Source of the DNA: Podarcis tiliguerta
Lineage: Eukaryota
DNA: 64,000 nucleotides
Strand: one strand, 5' to 3'
Assembly (NCBI GenBank): GCA_965153285.1
Contig: OZ229110.1
Each line of letters begins with the position of its first letter. Position 1 is the first letter of the stretch. Under the pieces are notes generated by a model. The model was not told the DNA's origin. It did not search any database and saw only the letters and a program-made list of their open reading frames with translations. The position numbers were made by a program, and so were the translations under genes. Shown here piece by piece: positions 13,631-27,148 of this stretch.

Positions 13631-14009
13631 AGTGGGACGCGGGTGGCGCAGTGGGACGCGGGTGGCGCTGTGGGTAAAACCTCAGTGCCTAGGACTTGCT
13701 GATCGCATGGTCGGCGGTTCGAATCCCCGCGGCGGGGTGCGCTCCCGTCGTTCAGTCCCAGCGCCTGCCAACCTAGCAGTTCGAAAGCACCTCCGGGTGC
13801 AAGTAGATAAATAGGGACCGCTTACCAGTGGGAAGGTAAACGGCGTTCCGTGTGCTGCACTGGTTCGCCAGGTGCAGCTTGTCATGCTGGCCACGTGACC
13901 CGGAAGTGTCTGGGGACATCGCTGGCTCCCGGCCTATAGAGTGAGATGAGCGCACAACCCTAGAGTCTGGCAAGACTGGCCCGTACGGGCAGGGGTACCT
14001 TTACCTTTT
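13631..14009 (+). mobile_element. Young full-length Sauria SINE with 13-bp TSD
   Basis: Head GGGACGCGGGTGGCGCTGTGGG, B-box GGTTCGAATCC, ACCTTT tail, CpG-rich; TSD TAACACTGATTTG at 13618-13630 and 14010-14022. Confidence 0.93.
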
Positions 14010-14232
14010 TAACACTGATTTGTGATTAAGGAAAGCAAACCACTGGTTCTGTCTGCATAAGACAGAGAATGGGGGACTTGGTCCCTTCAGACATTATTGG
14101 AATCCAACTCTCATCATCCCACCATTAGCCACTGGAGCTGATGTGAGTTGGAGTCCAAAGCATTTGGGCTGGCCCTGGCATAAGGCCACAGAGAAAGTAA
14201 ACAACTCTGTGTCTGTCTCCTCCTTCCTGCAG

Positions 14233-14311
14233 TAAAGAATCTCCTCCTCTTGCTTCTAAAGTGAACCAGCTGGAAAGTATGCTGAGAATGTTGCAGGAGG
14301 ATTTAAAGAAG
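14233..14311 (+). CDS. SIPA1L1: SIPA1L1 coding exon KESPPLASKVNQLESMLRMLQEDLKK (coiled coil); too short for the ORF track
   Basis: TCCTTCCTGCAG acceptor; AAG|GTAAAT donor; 1 nt + 26 codons, in frame. Confidence 0.93.
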
Positions 14312-15124
14312 GTAAATATTTTGACTTCTGAGTTATTTCTGTTTAAATGCTAGTCCTTGCTAACAGCTCTATGAGCCCTGATCTCGTGCTGTATTTCAAA
14401 ACAGAGTTTTCAAGAAGCCCTGGAACTAAAACATAGATAGGAGATGAAATCAGAAGGTGTACTTTCTTACAGCCAAACCAAGTGCAAAACCCTTCACTTG
14501 AAGTGTCACTGGTGCTTTTTGTTATGCGTAGCTGCGGGGGTGGGGGGGAGTGTTTGTCAGGAATGCAGAAAGAGAACTTGACCCTTTATTCCCCCACCAC
14601 AACACTCCAAATAAAATCCGCCTTCCACAGCAGCTATTAGTCTCAGAAGACAAGTGTCTGTGGGAGCTTACCTCCTGGAACTAATAGCCACCAAACCAGA
14701 GGTGACAATGATGGTTTTCATTGAGAGCATGGCAGGAAAAGATAGATTTAAGCCCACATACTGTAATTCTAATAAGAATGGAGAGACCTGTGACAGTTAA
14801 GAATAATTGTATTAATAGAACAACATAGTGATAATTTGAAAACCCAAGCACTTCTGATGAAGTGTGCGGTTTGGTGTCGCATCTTGTTTGAAACACGGAA
14901 TAACATTGAGTCCTACTGATGGCGGATGAAGAGGAGATCTTGCTTTGCATCGGCCAGTGGCCCATTTCCTGTTTGGCAGAGGGAGGAAGCCTTGGATTTA
15001 CAAGGGTAAACTCAGCAGAACTGATGGCACAAGGATCTAGGAAGAGGGAAAGGAATGTCATCGCAAACACCAGAAAACGTGGCATGCCACAACATCTCAA
15101 AACGCTGTATCAGGAAGTCTTTAA

Positions 15125-15235
15125 TGCTTGACGTTTTGTTCTGTTTTTATATTTTGCTGGAAGCTGCCCAGAGTGGCTGGGGAAACCCAGCCAGATGGGC
15201 AGAGTAGAAATAATAAAATTAGTAGTAGTAGTAAA
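15125..15235 (+). mobile_element. L2-type LINE 3' end fragment
   Basis: GCCCAGAGTGGCTGGGGAAACCCAGCCAGATGGGC...AAATAATAAAATT(AGT)n; same terminus as 33899-34243. Confidence 0.65.
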
Positions 15236-15366
15236 TTAGAAGGCGGGAAGCCTGCGGAGGTTGGAGAGAACACCTTTTTGATGAAGGTCTGCCCTGGTGA
15301 TCACTATAGGGCTTGTCACATAGAATCCGCATCTGAGATCTTTTGTCTTTTGCTCATTCTTCCCAG

Positions 15367-15510
15367 GAAAAAGAAGACAAAGCCAATCTTCAGGCCGAAG
15401 TCCAGCATTTGCGAGAAGACAATTTACGGTTACAAGAGGAATCCCAGAACGCCTCTGAGAAACTGAAGAAATTCACAGAATGGGTTTTCAACACAATTGA
15501 TATGAGCTAA
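15367..15510 (+). CDS. SIPA1L1: SIPA1L1 last coding exon [47 protein letters not shown]
   Basis: TTCTTCCCAG acceptor; TAA at 15508-15510; C-terminus matches SIPA1L1. Confidence 0.96.
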   Translation, partial: EKEDKANLQAEVQHLREDNLRLQEESQNASEKLKKFTEWVFNTIDMS

Positions 15511-17985
15511 GAACAGCACACATTGAAACAAATACATTGGCAAAAAAAGTGAAATCACCTCTGTAGTGGGACTTTGCTTTAATACCACACTAATCATGAC
15601 CTTTGAAAGTCCAGTCAGAGCACTTTTACATCTTTCATACTCTGATTACCCTTTTTTTGCATCTCTGCAAGCACCCAGAACTATTGCAGATCAACAATCA
15701 TTGTCTGCCTTTTGTAGGAAAAAAATAAAAGCAACAAAAAAAGTAATTTTAAAGAAAATAAAACTTTAACTGCTAAAATGTGAATGTCTTTATTTTTTTG
15801 CACATTCTCCTTACTTGTCCTGTACAAAATGACTTGGGAGAGTGGACCAGAATAACTTGTCCATCTGCCTCTATTTATTTCTATTCACTCCTTTGTATCA
15901 GTTTCAGATTAATCTGCTTTATTCTTGCTGCTTTGGCAAATATTACAACTTCTAGAAAACTAGGAAGATGTTTGTTTTGCTGCTTCCTTTCTATTGTTTC
16001 TGACGTATTCCACAAGCCAGAGGATGTGAGCTATGTTTTGGGTGTCACCTTAATGATTTGTGCTTGACCATCCTTAGTGCTATCTCCACATACCTTGTAT
16101 AGAGCCATTTCCCCTAGAGTGTGCACGTGTACAAGTGCGTACAGTGTAGCCAGTGGAGACTTGAGCCATGGCTGTGGCAAGTTACCCAATTCCATTTCTG
16201 CACATCTCTTTGAATCGGTGGTTGTTGCGCCTTTGTTTTCCAGTGGAAGTGCATGGGCTTCCAGCTACCTAAGGGACAGAAAGGCAGTACAAATTTGATA
16301 TGCTGAACAGATATCCTTTCTCAGGCTCCTTGAGTGAAGAGAATACTCACTCCTTTTGTAAGAACTGCCCTCTGTGTCTTCCTACCTAGGGACCTTTCTC
16401 TTACCAATCCCTTCCTGATAGCATTGCATATTTTACATTTCTTTGATACAGGTAGCCCACTCCTGTTGATCTGGAGATTGTGTAATTATGTCCAGTGTGG
16501 ATTCTAGGTTTGGGGAGCTCTTTGGGCCAGACACTCTTCATCCGTGGGTCTCCTCCTCTTCTCCACTCAATGCCTTTCTCTCTCCCTCTGGGCCCAATCT
16601 GCACAACTGCCTAGAGGGAAGTAGAGGATGCTACCCTGCTTCCTCGTTTTTGTCTTTTGCTTGCACACAGACAGCAAGGAGGGAAAGGGCCAGGAAGCAG
16701 TGGTCTGTGGGCTTTGACAGGGCCTACTCCCGAGAAAGGAAATGAGCCAAAGCTCTTTCTCCGTGCCCCGCCCTAGCAGCTTAGCACCCTTATGCAGCAC
16801 CCCTGAAGTTTGCCTTGGAAAGGAGAACGAGACAATACCGACCCCCCGTTTCCATTGGTGGCCTTTTGACAGATAACGTGCTGTACTGTTAAGACTGCAC
16901 ACAACGCCATGTGTGCCTGAATGCTGTGGACCTCAATGGATTTTCATTTTAATAGCTTGCATATTGAGACTTTAATAGGACACACCAGTGTCGCTGCCCA
17001 TGTGTTATTTCTTAGCACTCGTACATATCCAAAATAAGGCAAAGCTGTGAAGCAACCGTTGCGAGTTGCGCTCCATGCAGCAGGCGTCTGTCATATAAGT
17101 AAATTTTTAATAACTTTGTCATCATTGCCCTGAGTGAAAAGACAATGGGAGGGCTCCTTTATTAACATGATTGAAGTCTTCCCTTGATTTTTGGAATCGG
17201 GAGAAGGAAGAATCCTTGCTCTTGAATCTTTGGCACGTGACTTTTCCATTAGAACTGCCATAAAACGCCGCATCGGCAAGGAATGAAGTCTTAGCATTGG
17301 GGGAAGAAACTGGTGTGCCCTGCAGCCTGCCTAAGCTTTGTTTTAAGTGGCATGTGGCAAATCTCATTTGTGACCTTCTCTGCATGCAGCCGTGATACTC
17401 AATTTCTGTTGCACCTCACGGCAGTAGCCCATGCCTGTCCATTTCATCAACCTTCCTCTCCTTCCCTGTGTTCTAGGCCTCATTCATCACTGGGAATGTT
17501 CTTGACCTTCCATTGAGTCTTCCTGGCCTTCTTTGATATGCATTTTCATAACTCTTAAATAACTGTACAAACCCACGTGGTTCGTTTTGACCTACAGCTT
17601 CATTTGATGAAAATCCCCCTCAGGGTGTTTTCCCCCCCTGATAATGTTTGGCCATGTGAGAGGATTGGTTTGAGAGTATTTCTGGAGTGCTTTCGCAGAA
17701 AGATAGAATGTCTTAGGGTGTTGTTGTTGTTTTTCATCTTCAATAATTTGTATGAAGGAGATCTATATAATGCCTGATGTAATTTGTAAATGGGAAATAT
17801 TGCTAACATCTCTCAGCATCCTGACTTATTTTTCTTTCTCTTTAGTTTTTATTTTATTTTAAACAGTGGGACTTGGGGCAGACTATTTATTAGAGTTTTG
17901 CAACAGAGTTCTTGTATGAAGCCTCTAAAAGGCTACTTGTACAAAAAAAATAATCTGACAATAAAATTCATTTTAAAGGCTCTTC
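15511..17985 (+). other. SIPA1L1: SIPA1L1 3' UTR, about 2.5 kb
   Basis: AU-rich stretch with no recognised TE after the stop codon, ending at the AATAAA at 17960. Confidence 0.65.
17960..17965 (+). terminator. Polyadenylation signal AATAAA of SIPA1L1
   Basis: AATAAAATTCATTTTAAAGGCTC with upstream TGTA elements and downstream T-rich sequence. Confidence 0.65.
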
Positions 17986-20900
17986 TATATACGATATCCT
18001 GTTTATTTTCATTCTTTGAGCTTTCCTTACATAATGATTCCCCCACCACATCACCTGCCTAAGAATCCATAAAGACAATGATTAAAAACTTTTAAAATAT
18101 ATATATATGCACAATTATTTTTTACACATACCATTCCATATCCTTTGTAGTTTCCCTTCTTGCATTTTAGCACATTCCTATCTTTCTTGTAGTAGAAACA
18201 AATCCATTAATTGTGGTTTTGCTTTAATTTCCCCTTATACTAGCACTTACAGCATTAAAAGGAAGGCTGATTCTGGTTGCTGTGCAGGGTGGTCCCAGCT
18301 ACTTTTTTCTGATGCTTGAGTGAGAGTGTTACTTCCTTATAGCAGAGTGCTCATCTGGAGCCAAACTAGATGGGACATTTGTCAAGGTAGTGTGCTGGCC
18401 AACCATCCCTGGACACTAAAATGTGTTGAAATGCTAAAAAGAGACCTGGTTCAGAGTCGGAGAACAGAGCAATCTGTTCCCTTCCCCACTTCTCCAGAAT
18501 GAACTGGGAAGCTCTTGCGGAGCTATGAGGCTTTGTTTTATGTGTATGTATTGCACCACTTCAGTTGCAACTCCAAACCCTCTTTTATAGGGAGCAGGAC
18601 TGCACTTTAACTTGGGCTTACTTCTGAGAAGACATAGATCCGGCTGACACTATAACTTCCACTGTAGAGACCCGAGCTGCAGTCTTAAAAGTACTTATTC
18701 AAGAGTTAGGTTCTTTGAACACAATGTGACTGACTTCTGAGTAAACATACCTGTGTGCTGTAAAGGCACTGAAGGAGACGTTCTTGATTTTGATTATACT
18801 GATCACGGTTTTATTTGGGCATGCGGTGTTTTGTGACATAGGTGCTTTGGTTTATTGGCATTCTTAGCAATGAAAAATATTAAATCTCATTGTTTGAACT
18901 TGCACTGTGTCTCTGTAACTGTGTTATTAACCAGAGGTACTATTTCTGGGTTAGCGGAGTCTGTAACTTGAAATGTCTGTAACCCAAAGTACCACTGTAG
19001 GAAATAAATGTTTGGACAAGGGCAGCAGTTACAGAGACATAAATAACAAAACGTGAGTTCATATTCTGTATTTAGAACAATTCATAGCATTTCTCCTTAG
19101 GAACTCCTGGCAAATCATCACTGATACCAATGCAGCAGAAAGATAATACCTGTGAGAGAGACCAAGAACCATGATTGACCTGTTGAGGATCTATTGTCTT
19201 CTGCTGAGTCTGACTGCAGTTGATTCAGGGTTGGTACTGTAGGTGCTCTCATCTTCACACCAACAGAGAGAGGTTTGGGGAGATTTTTTTGCCTCTTGCT
19301 GAATGTGTCAAGAAGATGTCTTCAGCATCTCAACATAAGGCAGCCCTTATGAGCTGTTCACCCCTGAGGAGAAATATATGTGCACTCCTTCTGGGTCTTC
19401 GGCTGCTGTAGCACACTCCTCCACCCCAGCAGTTTCTGTCAAAGTTGTATGACAGTAGAACAGACTCCCTTAGAGAGCAGTGGCTCTGCAGGGTTGGAGC
19501 TCTTTGAACAGAAGCTGGATGACCACCTGTCTCTCCCATTCTCTGACTTTTAGGGAACTGAAGCACTCTTATTCCCGGTGCATTGAAAGCTGTGAAAACC
19601 AATTTCTCACAAGTCATTTATTGTTAACTAAGGGGTTTTTTTAGGGAAAGAATTTCACTGATCAATGCAAAAATAAGCAATGGAAAAAAACAGTTGCTGA
19701 AGTTTCTGTGCAGCCAGCATAAAAGCAAGCGCCTCCTCCTCGTGACACATGAGCTCTCTGAGCATAATGCCAGCTGCTGCTGCTGTGCTCCTTGGCTCTT
19801 CTGTTGCCATGCCGCTGCCTCTATAGATGCCTTTCAGGAAAATCTGCATTCTTCCCAGTTCTGCTGCACATTTCATTATATACCTCTGGATCTAGGCCAA
19901 CATCTGTGAGACACGTTGAGCAGATGGTGCTCCGAATAATTAAAGCAGATTCCTTGCCTCATCGATTTTTTCAGTACTCCAGGAAACCTATCCATCATCT
20001 CGGGCTGATACCTCCTCAAGGTGCAACTTCTTATGCCGTGCCTTCCTAGCAGGCTGGAAGCAGATCCTAGTAAACAGCTGACAGAAAAGCATAAGCCTCT
20101 TGCCTCAGGGGCAATGAGGGAAGGGGATTCTTTTTGCACTTTCAGGTTGTTCTTTTAATTAAATCCCTCGCCCTCTGCTTCTAAAATACTGCTCTTTCCC
20201 ATTTCTGCCAAATAAACCAACAACTAGATAAATGAACGGATACAATGGCTAAGGGTGAGCTGTAAATTAGAAAATGCCAGTTTCTGTGTGACCTCTCTCT
20301 CTCTTGTGACTGGAGAGAAGGCTGCCTTTGGTTTTGGAGCAACTTCCGGGATAGCCTCCTGGAAGACTTATCCCAGTGACGTAGCATGGGCTGCCGGCGT
20401 CCGGGTCAAGGCAAGTATCCTCTGCACTGCCCACCAATAGGCTGGAGAGAAGAAGAAATATCCTGGCAACCTACCTGAGTGGCAGCTGCCATGTGAATGC
20501 TGAGCATGGCAGAGAGCAGGTATCTTTCTAAAGCCCATGCAGAGGGCACCCGGCACCCTAGCAACTGGACCACCCAAATCTGCTCAGTCTGCCCATGCAA
20601 ACATTGGGAGATTTTCCATGTGAGGAGGAGAGCGCTCTCTTTAAATTTTTGTTACTACTTTATTTTCCTTCTGAAAAAGAGAAGAAAAGCCTCTTCCTTC
20701 TGCCCCCGCCTCTCCTGCTCCTCTGTCTCCCAGGACCAAAAGAGGGTTGAAGAGGGAGGAGCAGAAGGTGAAACGCAGGCAGTGTCTGCGCCTGCTTGCA
20801 TGCAACTCTGATAAGGGAGATACATAAGCCAAGGTCAGGGGTATCTGCCTCATCAGATGCACTCTCAGAAGTAGCTGAGACACATAGGACTGATGGGTAT

Positions 20901-21125
20901 ACCTTTCCCTAACTTGTAAGTGTGCTTTTAATAATAAACGGTTAATTCCTCACCCTGGACATTCCTTGCCTGACAGTGCTGTGGCCATGCTGGCTGGTGC
21001 AGATGGGCACTGGGATCTAAGGGCATCTAGAGGGCCAAGGGTTCCCCATCCCTGGCATAAGGAGCATGTGCTCTGTCACACACAGCATGTACTGGGTTCA
21101 ATCCCTGGCACTGTGACTGGAAATA

Positions 21126-21260
21126 CAGTGGTACCTCGGGTTAAGAACTTAATTCGTTCCGGAGGTCTGTTCTTAACCTGAAACTGTTCTTAACCCGAGG
21201 TACTACTTCCGGGTTAGCAGAGTCTGTAACCTGAAGCGTCTGTAACCTGAGGTACCACTG
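21126..21260. mobile_element. Tc1/mariner (Tigger/pogo-like) MITE, short variant
   Basis: TIRs CAGTGGTACCTC...GAGGTACCACTG; TA at 21124-21125 and 21261-21262. Confidence 0.85.
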
Positions 21261-21642
21261 TACCTTTTCCTGAAACCCAAGAGAGCCATTTATTGGTTAA
21301 AGAAGACAATACTGGGCTACATGGCAAGTAGCCTGGCTTGGTATGAGGCATCTTCTTACATGTTTACTATACACAGGTATGTATTTATTTGTAATAATGC
21401 TGACATTGCAGGGCAAGAATGGAAGACAGGCTCCGCTTCAGCAGAAAATAGTGGTGCTGCTATTGCCTGCCAAACGTTTGTGCTGATTTGCTTGTCTTGT
21501 ACTTCTGTTCTCCAATTTTCTTGAATGAGAGAAATAATTGCTGCTGACCAAGCTCTAATTAAAAGAGAATGGACACTCAGACAAATCCTGCAGCTCTCCC
21601 CCAAGACATTATGGGTATAATAAGGCCTTGCCCATCATTAAA

Positions 21643-21811
21643 AAAGGTAAAGGTAAAGGACCCCTGACAATTAAGTCCAGTTGCGAACGACTCTGGGGTT
21701 GTGGTGCTCATCTCGCTTTACAGGCCGAGGGAGATGGTGTTTGTCCACAGACAGTTTTTCCGGGTCATGTGGCCAGCATGACTAAGCCGCTTCTGGCGAA
21801 ACCAGAGCAGC
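21643..21811 (-). mobile_element. 5'-truncated Sauria SINE
   Basis: AAAGGTAAAGGTAAAGG tail and GGGTCATGTGGCCAGCATGAC core. Confidence 0.85.
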
Positions 21812-22142
21812 GGACATTAGTGCCTGATAAATCTCTGAGCCCTTTTCAAGGAATTAGTTGTAGAGCAATAGGGCAAGGCTTTCTCCATTGCACGTCTTCT
21901 GTTCACAAGTCTCTGTTCACAAGTTTTAAGTATTACAGGGCAAAAACATACAATTAAAATCACAATAAAATAGAGAGTTTAAATACATCTATAACATTCA
22001 ATAAACACCAGGAGGGAGCCTCAGCAACAACCCTTTCACCATAAGGAGGTCCTGTCACTGGTGCCTGCCAGCCTAACTAACCTTAAAGGTAGTTACGTGA
22101 GGCAATTCTCCAAATAACCTGCAACCAAACCAGCACTTTGAA

Positions 22143-22545
22143 CTTAAAAATGGAAAGCGTAATGCTGGTGGTCAACAAAAGAGGTTTAAAGACTCTCTCA
22201 AGGCAAATCTAAAAAAGTTAGTATAAACCCTGACAACTGGGAAACACTGGCCTGCGAGAGCTCCAATTGGAGAACAACCTTTACCAAAGGTGTCGTGGGC
22301 TTTGAAGATGCTCAAACTCAGGACAAAGGGAGAAACATGCTAAGAGGAAGGCACACTTGGCAAACCCTCACCATGATCAACTCCTGCCCAGAAACTAATG
22401 TCCCCACTGTGGAAGGACATGTGGATCCAGAATTGGCCTCCACAATCACTCACAGACTCACTGTTAAAACTGTGTTTATGGAAGACAATCTTGCTCAGCT
22501 ATGAGTGATCGCCGAAGAAGAAGAAAAAGAAGAAGAAGAAGAGGA
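22143..22545 (+). mobile_element. RTE-clade LINE 3' fragment (not BovB) with (GAA)n tail
   Basis: Translates ELKNGKRNAGGQQKRFKDSLKANLKK and a C2H2-like CPHCGRTCGSRIGLH; 8-bp TSD ACTTTGAA at 22135-22142 and 22996-23003. Confidence 0.75.
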
Positions 22546-22549
22546 GGAG

Positions 22550-22990
22550 GAGGAGGGCAACCAAAATGGTCAAAGGCCTGGAAACGATGCCTTATGAGGA
22601 ACGGCTAAGGGAGCTGGGCATGTTTACCCTGGAGAAGAGGAGGTTAAGGGGTGATATGATAGCCATGTTCAAATATATAAAAGGATGTCACATAGAGGAG
22701 GGAGAAAGGTTGTTTTCTGCTGCTCCAGAGAAGCGGACATGGAGCAATGGATCCAAACTACAAGAAAGAAGATTCCACCTAAACATTAGGAAGAACTTCC
22801 TGACAGTAAGAGCTGTTCGACAGTGGAATTTGCTGCCAAGGAGTGTGGTGGAGTCTCCTTCTTTGGAGGTCTTTAAGCAGAGGCTTGACAACCATATGTC
22901 AGGAGTGCTCTGATGGTGTTTCCTGCTTGGCAGGGGGTTGGACTCGATGGCCCTTGCGGTCTCTTCCAACTCTATGATTCTATGATTCTA
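22550..22990 (+). mobile_element. CR1 LINE 3' fragment
   Basis: ORF MVKGLETMPYEERLRELGMFTLEKRRLRGDMI...WNLLP; (ATTCTATG)n tail. Confidence 0.93.
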
Positions 22991-24192
22991 AGAAGACTTT
23001 GAATTGGACCCAGAAAAGCACCATCAGCCAGTGTGCAAACATGCACAGAATTATGTCTGCTCCCAACAAGGTCTCAAGCAGCTGTGGCCCAGCTAACATT
23101 TCTTTACCATCATCAAAGGCAGCTCCAGGCCAGATAGATTAAATCAGGAGTAGAGAACCTACAGATATTGCTGAACCACAACCCCTATCTTCACTGATCA
23201 CTAGCCGTATCTGAGGCCAGTGGGAGTTGTTGTTTGGCAACATCTGGAGGGTCACTAGACTCCCAACCTTCGTTTAGGCCTCTTAAGAAATAGCCTCACC
23301 ACGCCCTCCTTAAGAAAGCCAGGTACTTGACTTCAGATACAATTTTATTTATTTTTTTACATCAGTCATCCCCCTTCCAACAAATCAGCACCAACCATGT
23401 CAGGCAAACTGGTGAAGCAATAAGGATGTTAAGCTGCTGTCAGCATTAGAGTCAGGCCATGAGCTTGGCCTCTAACCCACAACCTGTTTGATTCAGTCCT
23501 TGTTTCTGCACCACCACATTTGCCGCTACACCGGCACTGCCATTTCACCACCCAAAGCGCCTTTCATAGCAAGGGGGGAAGATATTTGTGAAGGACACTG
23601 TGATGATGGGATTATTTTAAGGCAGCTGGCCCTCGCGGCAGAAAAGAAGACTGGTGCTTCAACAGGTTAAGCATCTGCTACCCTATTGGCACTTAAGACA
23701 AATGATCAAAAGCCTATTAGCCACAGACAATTCCTCATTAATGGAATAATCGATGCCAGAGTAACAGTAGCGCAGGATTGACTCGCCAATTAACTGGCTT
23801 GGACTCTCGACTGCATCAACACAGAGTGGCTTTTACCATTAAGTGTGACTTTCAGTAAAGTGTTTTCTGAATTAGCAACACAGATGCTAATTTTAATCAC
23901 ACTATTTACATTGGGTTCTGGGAAGTCTCTATCCCTCCCAAGTGAACACAATCCAAAAGCTGCAGAGGCTTCATTAATTTGAGCAAAGGTTGCTAGCACC
24001 CCCTAGTGTTCACTTTGACACACAAGATTTTATTCTTCCGAACAAGAGGAAACTTAGCAAACAAATATATTTTCTGTTAAACATGTGACTAAGCAGAACG
24101 TGTGCCTGTGTGTCTGAGATATTCCTATTCAATGGAGGAAGAGGTACCAGATGCTGCAGCTTCAGATTAGGGTCCAGGGTGGGTGATGATAA

Positions 24193-24843
24193 TGTGATAG
24201 GAATTTTATGTTCTTAGATATATGGTAATGTTCATAACATAGACCAGCACAGGAAGGCCAACCTGGAACCATTTTGATTCCTAAACTGAGCAAATGTTTT
24301 CTCTGCAAGGTCAAAATGGAAAAGCCCCCCCATTGTCTTTTCCTTCACAAATCCTGTCTTAAGGGTATGTCTGTGTTTGAATAAGGGTGTGAGCCTTATC
24401 ATTACAAAAGACTGGCCAGGCTCCTCAGGAAATCCAATCAAGTAACCTGCTAGACAGGAGATAAACAACAACAGGAGAAAAACAATATGAAAATTTCTGT
24501 GATGTAGGTGGGATGTATCTGAGGGGTGGTCTTAGGTTACACCCCTCACGTGATGTATGTATGATGTTTCTGGGGGGTGGTCTTGACCTAGAGGTTGGGA
24601 ATTTCAAAAGTCTTTATAAGCCCTTGCACAGCATTTTTTGTGGGTCCTCCTCCTTTCCTTCGAGTGAGGGGAGCACCCTGTTGCAATAGATCAAAAAAGA
24701 TCAGGCTTAATAGCTGCTTTGCTTCTCAATATTCTCTGGTTGGCCTCTGTTATTTTCTCCTACCAATAGGGAACCTATGTAAGGACTCTATATGGGCTCT
24801 TGGATACCCCATAAGGGAAAAGGGCATATTTTTATTTACAGCA
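24193..24843 (+). mobile_element. Probable solo LTR (ERV-type, about 650 bp), unrelated to the 39.5-kb provirus
   Basis: TG...CA ends, flanks ATAA/ATAG, TATA-like TTTATAAG near 24613, internal direct repeat GGGGTGGTCTT. Confidence 0.45.
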
Positions 24844-25599
24844 ATAGCTAGCTGCTGTTGTCAGTAATGTTATCTTGCAGCTAAGTGCTAGGTTTTTGGT
24901 TTTAAAATTGGGTTTGAACTGATTTGGGAATAGGGTACTGTGTTGTAAGTTGCCTAGAGGCCTCTTTACAGTCTGAAATGGTGGGACAGGAAATGAAAAT
25001 GAAACTTTTAAATTAAAACAAAGGAATACCAACATCAAGTTTCATTAGACACCGCCACTTATAGCTCCCACTGGCCAGTCATAGTATGAACACATTAGTC
25101 TTCTCTGTGTAGGGATCATAGCTGTTAAGGTTTCCTGTTTTTTAAGGGAAATTCCCTTATTCCAAATAGGATTCCTCGCAAGAAAAGGGAAAAGTTGACA
25201 GCTATGGCAGGGATGGGAGAGAAATCTGTTCACTTTATATTTAAAAGCAAACCCACTTAATTTGCATATTCCGAAACATTACATGAACCACAGCCATCCG
25301 AATTTTGTCATGAGGTTCTCCAGACAAATAAAGTGTACGAATATGCATATAATGCAGAGAGGTGTGCATAAAAATGCACATATTAGTGAAAATAACATAT
25401 TAAAATGTATTCTATTGGGGCAAATTGCTTTGCTACAACATGTACATCCAACAAGATTGCATAAAACTATTGTGTATTAGGAAAAGTTCCCCAATGAATT
25501 TTCGTGATGACATTTTTAAAAAAAGTAAAATGCAACCAGATGCAGAAATGTAGATAACCAAACTTAAGGCTGGGAAAATTAGACACTTGGGGAAACCTT

Positions 25600-25684
25600 T
25601 CTCCCTTCCTTCCTTCCTTCCTTCCTTCCTTTCTTCCTTTCTTCCTTTCTTCCTTCCTTTCTTTCTTTCTTCTTTTCTTTCTTC
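25600..25684. repeat. (CCTT)n/(CTTT)n microsatellite
   Basis: Visible. Confidence 0.85.
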
Positions 25685-25962
25685 CCCCCAGCCACTCTAG
25701 GTGGCTTCCAACAAATTAAAACACAGTAAGACATCAAACATTAAAAACTTCCCTAAACAGGGCTGCCTTCAGATGTCTTCTAAAAATCAGATGGTTGTTT
25801 ATTTCCTTGACATCTGGGCGTTCCACAGGGCAGGCGCCAGGCCCTCTGTCTGGTTCCCTGTAACCTCACTTCTTGCAGTGAGGGAACTGCCAGAAGACCC
25901 TCGGAGCTGGATCTCAGTGTCTGGGCTGAGCAATGAGGGTGGAGATGCTCCTTCAGGTATAC
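25685..25962 (-). mobile_element. L2-type LINE 3' fragment
   Basis: Reverse complement of the 33899-34243 family. Confidence 0.7.
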
Positions 25963-26619
25963 AGTTAAGCACTGCCAGCACTGTCTGACAGCAGTTCTCT
26001 TGCTAATTTATTAAAGGAAGGAAGAAAAACCCACAAAAGAGACTGGAAAGGGGGAGAACAAAACAACAAAACAAAAACAGAATCGTCTGCTCCCATTCCC
26101 AGTACAGGAAACATCAATGCACCCATCTTTATTTACACATAGAGATTGACATATGCCCTCCAAATATTCGGAAAGGTCTCCAACTGCACTTGGTGTTTAT
26201 AGAAGGTAGCAAGGGCATTAAGGTTTTCAAAGCACTGCATAACAGATGGTGAAAAATGTCCTTTCAGGCTCAAAAGCATAGGTCTCTTAGCAACCACAAG
26301 GACATGTAGCATCCATTTTTGTTGTCCTGCTGTTAGCCCCCATATTACAGGAGTATAACCCTAAAGGACATGAACATCAGCAGCCATCAAGGATTTCTCC
26401 AGTGCAAGATTAATACAGACAGCAACTTCAGACTGAAAAGGACACATCCTATGTGAGGCTCATCTCCAGATTGTCAGGTTTTTCCCAACCCTACCTGGAG
26501 ATGCGGACAATTGAACCTAGGAGCTTTCGCTTGCAAAGTGTGCCCCATTGCATAGTAATTTGCAGCGCATGCACATTCATCCACAGAAGCGTGCTTTGAG
26601 AGCACAGAAATCTATTGTA

Positions 26620-26861
26620 CAGTGGTACCTTGGGTTAAGAACTTAATTTGTTCCGGAGGTCCATTCTTAATCTGAAACTATTCTTAACCTGAAGCACCAC
26701 TTTAGCTAATGGGGCTTCCCGCTGCTGTCGTGCCACCGGAGCACGATTTCTGTTCTCAGCCTGATGCAAAGTTCTTAACCTGAAGCATTATTTCTGGGTT
26801 AGCGGAGTCTGTAACCTGAAGTGTCTGTAACCTGAAGCATATGTAACCTGAGGTACCACTG
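26620..26861. mobile_element. Tc1/mariner (Tigger-like) MITE
   Basis: TIRs CAGTGGTACCT...AGGTACCACTG; TA on both sides. Confidence 0.85.
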
Positions 26862-27148
26862 TATATGGAGAAGATAGCAAGAAAGTAATCTCTCTCCCCC
26901 CCCCCTTCCGACTCCCACCCGAGATGATCTCATCAGAAGACTGGCCAGGCTGCACAACACTGTGCGCTGGCAAAGGCAGAATCACCGTGGGGAATCAGGA
27001 CTCGTTCAACTATAACTAAAGTAACATCTGTGGTTCGGCTGAGAAGTGTACCTGTGCATGAAATATGCAGATGCAGAATCGTTGCTGAGGCATCAAGGCA
27101 CACACTTCTTCATTTCTGCAAGGATTAAACTTCCAGTATGTGGAGCAG

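Noticed and set aside
13651-13730. tRNA gene
   Set aside because: The A/B-box-like sequence is the tRNA-derived head of a Sauria SINE bounded by a TSD.
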